A stretch of DNA of 64,000 bases from positions 779,144-843,143 of the forward strand of contig JBNGIO010006317.1 in assembly GCA_049999805.1 (NCBI GenBank), given 5' to 3'. Shown here one piece after another: positions 11,774 through 21,860 of the stretch. Under the pieces are notes generated by a model, which did no database searches, was not told where the DNA came from, and saw only the letters and a list, made by a program, of their open reading frames with translations. A program made the position numbers and the translations under genes. Source of the DNA: Folioceros fuciformis. Lineage: Eukaryota. How positions within the stretch are numbered: the first letter of the stretch is position 1; the number at the start of each line of letters is the position of its first letter.

Positions 11774-12526
11774 AAAGCGCAGGCTTGGGCGGTCAGTGAT
11801 TCCTGCATACGCTTTTTCTACAGGTAATTGATGTCCAAATTTGAACGGAGTGTACTTCTTCAGGCAGGGATTATGCAGCTGTGGTTTCGGCTTCTCCGGT
11901 ACATCAATATCAGACCGTCTCTCCGGGTGGCTCGGCGTTGAGTCCAAATCCGTCTACTGCATTCCGAGGACAGTTTCTCGGTTCAATTTTGAATATCTTC
12001 TTTGAAATTTTAAGTCTAGGTAGCCATCCACTAGAATTTGCACCTTCAGGCACCCAAGCAGTGGTCCATCCTATGCCCCGTGTAGAATTTCTCAAAGTAT
12101 GCTCCTGCACGCAGAAGCCCCCATAACTCTGCGTTCATCAGAAGTAGTGGCCCAGAGGACGAGGCACCCAAGTCGTGGTCCTTTTTAAAAGTGGCTATAC
12201 CACAACCAGATTGAGAGGCCTTGAAGCTGACTTGCGTTCTGGCAGAGGCCTCCTCTAATTCGGGGGCCTCGAAAATATGTACTTCCGGTCTGATTGCGAT
12301 GTTTGTTACAGCAAAAGACCGTCGTGATGTATTTGGTGGTGGAACTCGACAGCCCAAACCTCCCGAGCTCTAGCGTTTAGAAAGACACCTTGGCTCCTTC
12401 CTCCTGGTGAAATGACGTTGTCATAGACCTGATGCCCAAGAGGTTCATGGCAGCCTATCGCAGTCCTTCGGCGGTACCATTTCCAATGTCCGCAATGACA
12501 AGCCGCGCCCGTGGCTGAGTGCCATC

Positions 12527-15500
12527 ATGCTATCTCCCGGACCAACCAGCAGTTTTCACAGCCATGTCGCCGAGGATACATTCCTGGTCACCAGACCATG
12601 GATTTTCTTGAGAAGAGCGGTTGCCAGTAGCAGCAGCGTTGAGCAACAAGCCCAAGACGTTGTAGTTGCAGACCCCGCACAGGACGTACAGAGGTTGTGG
12701 CAGAAATACTTCTCGAATCCTACGGAATGGTGGGACAACAGACTCGGGAAGGTACGACTGGCTCTTTCTGATAAGATTTTTCATCCGAATTATTTCGTGC
12801 CAGAAGGGTTGAGTTATGATCTGGGCACAGAGTGGTCCCCGAAGTCCAGATTTTGCGCATAAGAAGACGAAGGAGGCTCTGTGGATGGACAGCAGATACA
12901 AGCCTCCGTGGGTTGAATCTCAGCTAGCTAATGTCGACACACTTAGAACCATGGGAAATCCCCGTGTCTGGTATGTCAGGAGGACTGATGTAACGTTAGT
13001 GGATGGAAATGTTTGAACATGTTTACCCGTTGCCAACCCAGCCGTGTGCTGTGCTGTCCAGGGCAAACAGTGAATCTCAAAATCGTCGTGGTTTGGGTAA
13101 ATCTTGCAAGGAAGAACAGCTGGAAATGGCACTGGATGTCATGGATCAGCCGAGCATGGTGCCTGCAGTGGGCACTTATTTCCATCTGTTGAAGGCATGT
13201 ATCAAGAAGAAGTCCCTTGCCGAGGCCAAGCGAGTGTACGACGACATGGTCAAGCACGGATACGAGTCCCACAGCTTTTTGGGTGAATCTGTTGTGAATA
13301 CGCTGGTGAAGTGTGGGAGCCTCGAAGATGCTCTCCAAGTTTTTCACAGGTTGTCAAAACGGACTGCTTTCTCTTGGACAGCTGTCATTTCAGGCTATGT
13401 TAGCCATGGACGACCTCATGAGGCTCTGGATATGTTTCAGAAAATGCAGGAGGAGGGTGTGCGGCCGGACTCATTCACTTTCGTCAGCGTACTGAAGGCC
13501 TGTAGCAGTGTGGGAGATTTGGAACAAGGGAAGAAGGTGCATGCCGAAGTAATAAAATACAACTGCGATGCAGATTTGCATGTGGTCAACACTCTTGTCC
13601 ACATGTATGCACAGTGCGGGAGCATGGTAGATGCTCGGCATCTGTTCGATACGTTGCCTGAAAAGAACGTGGTGTCATGGAATGCCATGCTTGCAGGTTT
13701 CGCCAAGCAGGAACATGCAGACAAGGCTTTGCAACTTTTCTACCAAATGCAAAAGGAGGACGTTGTGCCAAATGCTCGTACGTTTGTAAGTGTTATCAAG
13801 GCTTGTGCATGTATCGGAGAGAGGGAGGAGAGCACTATTGTACAAGGTGAGGCGCTCAAGCTGGGGGCACTTAAAGAGGGGAAGTTCATACATCAACAAG
13901 CAGTCGCTAAGGGTTACGGATCGGACCTCTTTGTTGGGAACACTCTGGCCCACATGTACGCAACCTGTGGGAGCTTACTGGATGCACAGCATGTGTTTGA
14001 CACCTTGCCCCAAAAGGATGTGGTGTCATGGAACTCGATACTTGCAGGATATGCTGAACAGAAACGAGTAGAACAGGCCTGGCAACTTTATACGCGGATG
14101 GAGGACGAAGGTGTTCAGCCAAATGATCGAACCTTTGTGGGTGTTCTTCACGCATCTGCCACATTTGCTGACATGGAGGACAGCGTATGTGTGGATGGGC
14201 GGTTCATCAAAATGACCAGCCTTTGGAGGGGGAAAGCAGTGCACAATAAAGCTATTAGTACGGGTTATGTATCTGACCAATTTGTCGGAAACGTCCTGGT
14301 GCACATGTATGCAAGATGTGGGAGCCTAGTGGATGCACAGCTTGTATTTGACACTCTTCCTCGGCGTGATGTTGTGTCATGGAACGCGATGATCTCAGGA
14401 TATGTGCAGCAACAGCAAGGAGATAGGGCCTTAGACCTTTATGCCCAAATGTGCAAAAGTGGAACCAGACCAGACGTTTGGACTTTTACTTGTGTGCTGA
14501 AAGCATGTGCTAGCCTGGCAGAAACAGAAGAACGTACGGCTGTAGACGGTCAATCTGTGAAGAGAGTGTTGTTGCAGAAGGGCAAGGATATCTATGCTGA
14601 GGCTGTCCGACGGGGTTATGGGTCAAACCTGTTTATCGGAAACACTCTTGTCCATGTATATGCGAAGTGTGGAGCCATGCTGGATGCTTGGCAGGTATTT
14701 GTCACCTTGCCAGAGCGAAATGTGATCTCATGGAATGCAATGATTGCAGGATATTCTCAGCAGCAACAAGGTGAAAAAGCCCTGCAACTCTATACCCAAA
14801 TGCTTGAAGAAGGAGTGAGTCCAGACGTCTGGACATTTTCCACCGTGCTCACAGCATGTGCTAGCCTCGCGGATGTTGAAGAGAGCACTTTCTATAATGG
14901 ACAGCCCATCAAAGCAAAGTCGCTGCAAGAGGGGAGGGCAATCCATGCAGAAGTAATGCGCAAGGGCTATGCATCAGACGTATTTGTTGGCAGCACACTC
15001 GTTGTCATGTATGCAAAATGTGGGAGTGTGATTGATGCACAACACGTGTTCGAAACATTACCGAACCGGGATGTGGTAACCTGGAATGCAATCCTCGGTT
15101 GCTATGTAGAGCAGGAACAAGGGGAAAAGGCGTTGCAGTTGTACACGATCATGCAGAAGGAAGGTGTCCAACCAGATGCAGCCTCATTTTTGTGGATCCT
15201 GAAGGCATGCAGCCACACAGGTGCCCTGGATGTTTGCACGCAGATTCATAAGCATATCAAGGGAAGTAAACACAGTGGGAGCGTTACTGTGTCAACTGCT
15301 CTCGTTCACGCATACGGCAAATGTGGAAGCATGGTGGATGCGCAGCAAGTGTTTGATGCCTTGCCCGAACGAGATGTGGTAGCATGGACAGCTCTAATGG
15401 CTGGATATGCCCGACAAGGAGACTCTAAGAAGTGCATAGAGTGTTTCGAGAAGATGACCCGATCAGGCGTAAAACCAACTGGCGTCACATTCCTTTCCCT

Positions 15501-16035
15501 TCTGTCTGCATGCAGCCATGCCGGAATGGTGGAAGAAGGCCAGCAGTACTTTGTCTCTATGGAGACGGACTATGGCATCACGGCTACAAGTGACCATTAT
15601 TCTAGCATGATTGACCTCTTCGGCAGGGCCGGACTCTTCAGCAAAGCAGAAGCGCTTCTCCTGGACATGCCGATTCAGCCCGACTCTGCCGTCTGGTCGA
15701 CACTGCTCGGGGTCTGCCGGAATCATGGAAATGTGAGTCTGGGAAGACATGCCTTTGACTGCCTGGTACGCTTGCAGCCACTAGAAGCTTCACCATACAT
15801 GCTCATGTCCCAGATCTATGCCAATGCTGGCCTATGGGATTCCGCAACAGCGATCGACGAACTGAGACATCGAGCGGGCGTCTGGAAAACCCCTGGTCAG
15901 AGCTGGATTGAGTATGACCAAGAAGTGGTCACTTTTATCGCAGGTGACCGCAGACATGAACAAACTGACAAGGTTTATGCGATGCTGGAACACGTTTCCT
16001 CGGGGCTCAAAGGAGCAGGGCTGAGCGTTTGCTGA
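12527..16035 (+). CDS. PLS-class PPR protein, E+ type (truncated DYW), with N-terminal OSB-type PDF motif and four LL-type repeats
   Basis: Exons 12527-12751, 12831-12970 and 13062-16035 join in frame through GT-AG introns. Ends KTPGQSWIEY...GDRRH...GLSVC* with no HxE or CxxC. The true start may lie further upstream. Confidence 0.88.
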
Positions 16036-16710
16036 CACTGAAGAAGCAAGATCAAGCTGTCGAGTTCAAATTGAGTCCCGCTGTAATAGAATATTGTCCT
16101 TGTGCACCACGGCAACATCCCAACTCACAACTCGACTTACTGGAAGAGAGCACTTTCACCAGACACTGAGCTGGTGAAGACCAGACTTCAGGGCGTCCCC
16201 GTTGTAACTGAGTTCTGTCTCCATCTGGCTCCAGTTATTCTAGATTTTGCTTATCAGATCTACCTCGGTGGCCAAGGCATGAAGAGGCCATTTCCACAAG
16301 AAAACAGGAACGAAAATTTGCTTAGGGGTTCAAACCCTGGTTGATTGCCCAGGAGAATACCTTCACATTCGAACGAGGAGACTCATGAAAAGACGGATAT
16401 GGGAAAGCATCTCCTCTCCGGCATAGAGAATAGATGTATCGTGACCAAGCCCAGTGCACGAGCAGCCTCTCAAAGAGCGAAAGGCATCGATCCTGACCAG
16501 CAGATAAAGCTAACTAAAGAGAACATGAGGTCCAGTCACAAACATTGAGCTGAAGAACCCAGAAAAGTGGACAAGTTCGTGACGTACGACGAGCATAGGA
16601 CACAGTGATACAGGTCAGTCACGTTCGAGCCGCGACAGCTGATTTAATTGCTCACCCAACTCCCACAAGCAACGTTTCACCCCCTGAGCAATGCTGAGCC
16701 TCTTCATTTC

Positions 16711-19700
16711 TCAGGGTCGACCCTTACAGCTGCAAGAACCACCAGCAAATCGATGCACACGGTACCCATCCCTTACAACGATGTCTCTCCTTTCAATCCT
16801 TGACATGATTTCAGTGGAACTGTGGCAGTCACTGCACATGCGTAGATTCTTCGTTACAAACAGAGGTGTCCCACTAGGAGTGTTCAGCAGACCGTACGCA
16901 AGAGCTAGTTTTTCCGCATGCCCGCAGAGCACATCTTCCTTTTCCTTCTCAGTCAGTGGCTTCAGTACCAACTTTGTTTGAGGCTGGTGGCCACCTACCT
17001 GCTTCAGACGTGCATTCATGCTCTCTACCTCGACTCCAATATCATCTCTGTTATCTCCCACCACAAATGTATGAACCTGCTTCTTCACCTCAATGCCTGC
17101 TACTGCAGGTTTTTTATTCGCTCCTGCCACCATTCTCTGAGTTTCAATCCTCTCTACATCAGTACATCTGCCTGCATCCGCATAGACATTAGCCATGAGC
17201 ACATATGAGGACGCCCGCTGAGGGTCCAGTCTAACAAGAGTTTCAAAACACCGAGATGCCCTCTCTATATCCCCGTGACTTTTGCAGGCATTCAACAAAG
17301 ATGTCAACCCCACAACATCCCTTTGGCTCTCACAAGATAGCATGTTCTCCGCCTCATCCAAATGGCCTGCACGTCCAAGAAGATCTACCATGCACGTGTA
17401 ATGCTCAGTAGTGGGTTTGACGCCATGCTGTTCAAACATGTAACCGAAGTGCTTGCGACCTTCATCCACCAGTCCTCCGTGGCTGAAGGCTGTTAAAAGG
17501 CAAGTGAATGTAACAGAATCGGGCTGAATACCAGCAACTAGCATCTCCTCAAAACAAGCTAGTGCTTTGTGGCCTTCATCACAAGCACCACACCCAGCTA
17601 TCAGGGCATTCCATGTCACTACATCTTTTGTGGCCAAGCTGTCAAAAACCCCTTGTGCATATTCCAGTTCGCCACATTTTACATACATGTCCACCAAGCC
17701 GTTGCCCACCAGTAAGTCATCTAGCAGGCCTCTTTCCACAATCTGAGAGTGCAGCTGCCTGCCCTTCTGCAAGGCACCAGCGCTTGCACAGGCCTTCAGA
17801 AGGCAAGCAAAAGTAATATTGTCAGCCACAACCAGGCCTTCTTGCTCCATTTGTCCATACAAGACAAGCGCCTCTTGACCAAGCCCAATATTTGCATACC
17901 CAACAATCAGGGCCGTCCATGTCACCACATCCTTTGTTGCTAAGCTATCGAAAACCCCACGTGCATCTTCCAATTCGCCAAATTTTGCATACATGTCCAC
18001 CAAGGAGGTGCCCACCACGGCATCATCCAGCAGTCCTCTTTCCACAATCTGTGAATGCAGCTCCCTGCCCTTTTGCAAGGCACCAGCGCTTCGACAGCCC
18101 TTCAAGAGGCAAGCAAAAGTAAACTGGTCGGCAACAGTCAGGCCCTCGTGCTCCATGCGTTCGTAAAGAACAAGCGCCTCTTCACCGAATCCATGAGTCG
18201 CATACCCCGCAATCAAGGTATTCCATGTTACCACACTTTTTGTGGTCATTCTTTCAAAGACCCCGCACGCTTCTTCCAGTTCACCACATTTGACGTACAT
18301 GTCCACCAGGCAGTTGCCTACCAAAATGTCATCTAGCAAGCCCCTTTCCACGATCTGTGAGTGCAGGTCCCTGCCTTTCTGCAAAGCACCGGTACTTGCA
18401 CAGGCCTTAAGAAGGCAAGCGAAAGTAACATGGTCGGCCACAGTCAGTCCCTCCTGCTCCATTTGTCCATACAGAGCAAGCGCTTCTTGGCCAAACCCAT
18501 TATTTGCATATCCTGCAATCAAGACCGTCCATGTCACGACATTCTTTGTTGCCAAGCTTTCAAAAACACCACGAGCATCTTCCAGTTCACCACATTTTGC
18601 ATACATATCAACCAGGCACGTGCCCACCAGAATGTCATGTAGCTGCCCTCTCCTTACAATCTCTAAGTGCAACTGCCTGCCCTTCTGTAGGGCACCAGCG
18701 ATGCCACAGGCCTTCAGAAGACAAGCAAAAGTAACATGGTCAGCCAAAATCAGGCCCTTTTCCTCCATCTGTCCATACAGAGCAAGCGCTTCTTGGCCGA
18801 ACCCATGATTTGCATACCCAGCGATCAGGGCATTCCATGTCACCACATTTCTTGTGCCTAAGCCGTCAAAAATTCGCCGTGCCTCTGCCAGTTCGCCACA
18901 CTTTGCATACATATCCACCAAGCCAGTGCTGACAAACAAATCCGGATAAATGCCACTTCGCAACAAATCAGAGTGGACTTCTCTGCCAGATTGCAAATCC
19001 ACTGCTAAAGCACAAGCTTGAAGGGCAGCCACAAAGACGTGAGCATCCGCCCTCACACCTGAGCTGCGAACCGTAAGGTACAGTTGGACGGCCTCTTGAG
19101 CTTTCCCATGTTTAATATGTGCATTGACCATCGAAGACCACATGTAGGCATCTGGTTTGCCGACCCTGGCGAACACATCCATGGCCTCCTGTAGCCTCCC
19201 TCCACTTGCATACATGCGCAAGATATGGTTTCCTAGGTACGTATTTGACTCGTATCCAAGCTTGACACTAAGATCATGAACTCGTCGCCCCACCACAAGA
19301 TCCTTCTTAGCTGCACATAGCCTTAGTAGTGTGCACAATAAGGACAGAGAAATAGAACAGCCAGTGTGTGCCAGAAATTCCAGGGCTCCAGCGGCCTCAA
19401 TTAGCTTCCCCTGCTGACAAAGCGTGGTCACAGATGCAGCCGTTACCACGCCCATGGCCGATCCTGCACGCCTGCTAGGCACAAAGCTATCCGGAGGCCT
19501 CAAATTGGAAGGAAAGGCACCATGACCCATCTGCATATCCAAAGAAACCAGTTGCTCATCGACCCAGGCTGGCTTCCACATGCTGTTTAACCAGAGGACC
19601 TCGTTGGACCCCTTACGCCGGAAGTCGGGCAAATGGGAGCTCTTCTTCAGTCGCCTGTCATCCCACCACAAGGTTGGGTCCAGAAAAAAATGTCGCCACA

Positions 19701-19902
19701 AGAGCTCCTGCTCTTGCTGACGACCGTCGCCATCACCAGCTACACATTTGCTCGGAAGTGCTGGGATCCTTAGACTGCTGCACCTGGAGGCCCGATTGTT
19801 GGCCAGCGGTTGACACCCAAAAGTGATTTCAGCTGGAGCTCCTCGTAGACACGCTGTACATCCTTGGGTCCACAGTGAATCCGGTGGCCATACTGTAGCC
19901 AT
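16711..19902 (-). CDS. PLS-class PPR protein with N-terminal PDF motif, E1-E2 and DYW:KP (GRP-ending) deaminase domain
   Basis: Intronless 1063-aa ORF with a transit-peptide-like N-terminus and about 20 P/L/S repeats. C-terminus KKPAVAGIEV...LKPLTEKEKEDVLCGHAEKLALAYGL...CSDCH...CSCKGRP. Confidence 0.95.
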   Translation of the reverse strand: MATVWPPDSLWTQGCTACLRGAPAEITFGCQPLANNRASRCSSLRIPALPSKCVAGDGDGRQQEQELLWRHFFLDPTLWWDDRRLKKSSHLPDFRRKGSNEVLWLNSMWKPAWVDEQLVSLDMQMGHGAFPSNLRPPDSFVPSRRAGSAMGVVTAASVTTLCQQGKLIEAAGALEFLAHTGCSISLSLLCTLLRLCAAKKDLVVGRRVHDLSVKLGYESNTYLGNHILRMYASGGRLQEAMDVFARVGKPDAYMWSSMVNAHIKHGKAQEAVQLYLTVRSSGVRADAHVFVAALQACALAVDLQSGREVHSDLLRSGIYPDLFVSTGLVDMYAKCGELAEARRIFDGLGTRNVVTWNALIAGYANHGFGQEALALYGQMEEKGLILADHVTFACLLKACGIAGALQKGRQLHLEIVRRGQLHDILVGTCLVDMYAKCGELEDARGVFESLATKNVVTWTVLIAGYANNGFGQEALALYGQMEQEGLTVADHVTFACLLKACASTGALQKGRDLHSQIVERGLLDDILVGNCLVDMYVKCGELEEACGVFERMTTKSVVTWNTLIAGYATHGFGEEALVLYERMEHEGLTVADQFTFACLLKGCRSAGALQKGRELHSQIVERGLLDDAVVGTSLVDMYAKFGELEDARGVFDSLATKDVVTWTALIVGYANIGLGQEALVLYGQMEQEGLVVADNITFACLLKACASAGALQKGRQLHSQIVERGLLDDLLVGNGLVDMYVKCGELEYAQGVFDSLATKDVVTWNALIAGCGACDEGHKALACFEEMLVAGIQPDSVTFTCLLTAFSHGGLVDEGRKHFGYMFEQHGVKPTTEHYTCMVDLLGRAGHLDEAENMLSCESQRDVVGLTSLLNACKSHGDIERASRCFETLVRLDPQRASSYVLMANVYADAGRCTDVERIETQRMVAGANKKPAVAGIEVKKQVHTFVVGDNRDDIGVEVESMNARLKQVGGHQPQTKLVLKPLTEKEKEDVLCGHAEKLALAYGLLNTPSGTPLFVTKNLRMCSDCHSSTEIMSRIERRDIVVRDGYRVHRFAGGSCSCKGRP

Positions 19903-20866
19903 CAGTTTTGTGGGGGAAGAACTTCAGATCCACAGACGCGGGGGCGACTGGCACGCTTCAAAGTGATCGCAGGGTCTGCCAGTATTCTTTAATGGAGACG
20001 ACAGGGCCCCGAAGACGCAACCGCGATGCCTCGTCGTGATCACACTACTGGGTAGCGTCCAGTGTAGAATCAACCACGCCGAGTGTGGAGATACGGACCG
20101 ATTGCAACTTGCAGATGGTACCAAACCGCCGCTACAAAATTTTCCCCCTTCACCCCAAGTAAGCGTTCCCAGACCACACCTACGAAGTGGTACCAGCCCG
20201 CCCCTACAAAGTACTGTTGGCCCACCTCTTCGAAGTATTCACTATCCATCTGCGACGCACTTCACGGATGTTCCCAACTCCAACACCCTTCACGAATGTT
20301 TAAGCGGTGAGAAATGTCGGGGTAAGCTCAGCACCTCAGAAACGTGTGTTCACGAAACATTTATGTGCTTTGAAGGTGCTTTGAAGGACAGTGGGTGGGG
20401 GTGAAGGCCAGAATGTTCCTACCACGCCAGAGGTGCTCCTTTTAGTGCGTGCCTCAAGGAGGTTCATAGTGAGTGTGCAAGCAGCAAGCCCATGCAAAAT
20501 AAGGAGCACAAGGCAGACACTTCTTTCATTTGAGGAGCACCAACACGTATAGCTGCAGCAGTCCACGCAGCAGGATATGTGGCGTGGTTCTGTGTTTGAA
20601 TACTGGCAATACTCCATGCACTACTTTCGGGGCTTTCACAAAACTTGACTCTGTGATTTGGTCTCCTGAAAACCTCACAAGAAGCTATTGTCAGTTGAAA
20701 AGGGTGGAAGGTTTTGCAAAGCTCCTCTCCTCTCACGATGAGTAGAAAGTGAGCAGGGAGGATCAGATTTTGCAAAAAAAAGAGCCGGTCACCCACGACA
20801 TACCTGCTTCAAACACGGTACTGAAATCGAGAGGGTCCGAGAGTCACTGCATCCCTCAAAAGTCTT

Positions 20867-21190
20867 TCAAAAATCACTGCAACGTCCTCCCTTTTCCCAG
20901 TCTCCATAACGCGTAGGTTCAGGCCCTCTAGGACCTCCTACTTCGCCTGTCTCGGAGTTTCGAAAATCCCCGTCTCCTTCACCTTCCTCCTCATCCGTCA
21001 CCTTTCCCTCCCGCTCATCCGCACTGGACCGCGACACAACCTCCTCGGATCTTGTGGCCTCCTTTTGCAAAACATTCTCCGTATCCACAGCCGAAGCAAA
21101 CCCCCTCTTCACCCCTGAAAACACTGCAGAAGCACTACGAACTACAGCAGCGTAACCGGACGCGATTCCCTTTCCACGAGCGTGCAACAT
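20867..21190 (-). CDS. SDHAF4: Succinate dehydrogenase assembly factor 4 (DUF1674)
   Basis: C-terminal signature [28 protein letters not shown]; presequence-like start [12 protein letters not shown] at ATG 21190. Confidence 0.9.
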   Translation of the reverse strand: MLHARGKGIASGYAAVVRSASAVFSGVKRGFASAVDTENVLQKEATRSEEVVSRSSADEREGKVTDEEEGEGDGDFRNSETGEVGGPRGPEPTRYGDWEKGGRCSDF

Positions 21191-21540
21191 TCTGATCTGC
21201 TTCAGCCGTCCCCCACAGCTTTCGAGAATGATTAGGGCTTGTATAGTAGGTGCACTTCTGGACTCTCCTGGCTGTACGGAGGCTTTCGGTCTCAAAAAAA
21301 TGGAGAAACTCGTATCAACGAAATGTATTATGTTGAAAACAAATATATGTAATGGGAAGGAGGCCATTCGAACCGACATAGCCAGAAAAGGAACCCGAGA
21401 ATCAAGATGGAAGGGAGCATCTGAACTTCTTGTCCTTGATCTAGTGCCCTTGAAACATCACAACGAGGAAGAACATAGGGCATACAAACCAGAGGAGGAA
21501 GAACATAATGCATACAAACCAGTTGGGCCAAAGACCATAC

Positions 21541-21860
21541 GACCTTGCAGTTCGGCAAAAGAATTCAAGTTCTGCATGGGAAGGCCAGTCAAGCTCGCGA
21601 TCTTGCTCTATAAGCCGATGAGGAGAAGGACCTTGCAATTCGGTCAAAGAATTCAAGCTTTGCATGGGAAGGCCTGTGAAGCTAGCTTGGTCTGAAAGCA
21701 GAGGTGGAGAAGGACCTTGCAATTCGGACAATGCATTCAAGCTTTGCACGGAAAGGCCTGTCAAGTTCCCTAGTAGACCCTGCGGCCGTAGCTGCTTAAG
21801 CACCAGCTTGTGCGCGTTATCCAATTCTTCCCGATCCCTCTCCTGCTGATGCTGGTTCAT
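21541..21860. repeat. Degenerate ~85-bp tandem repeat (3 units), possibly coding on the minus strand
   Basis: Units GACCTTGCA(A/G)TTCGG...ATTCAAG...GAAGGCC at about 21541, 21629 and 21713. A related segment lies at about 22620-22725. Confidence 0.7.
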
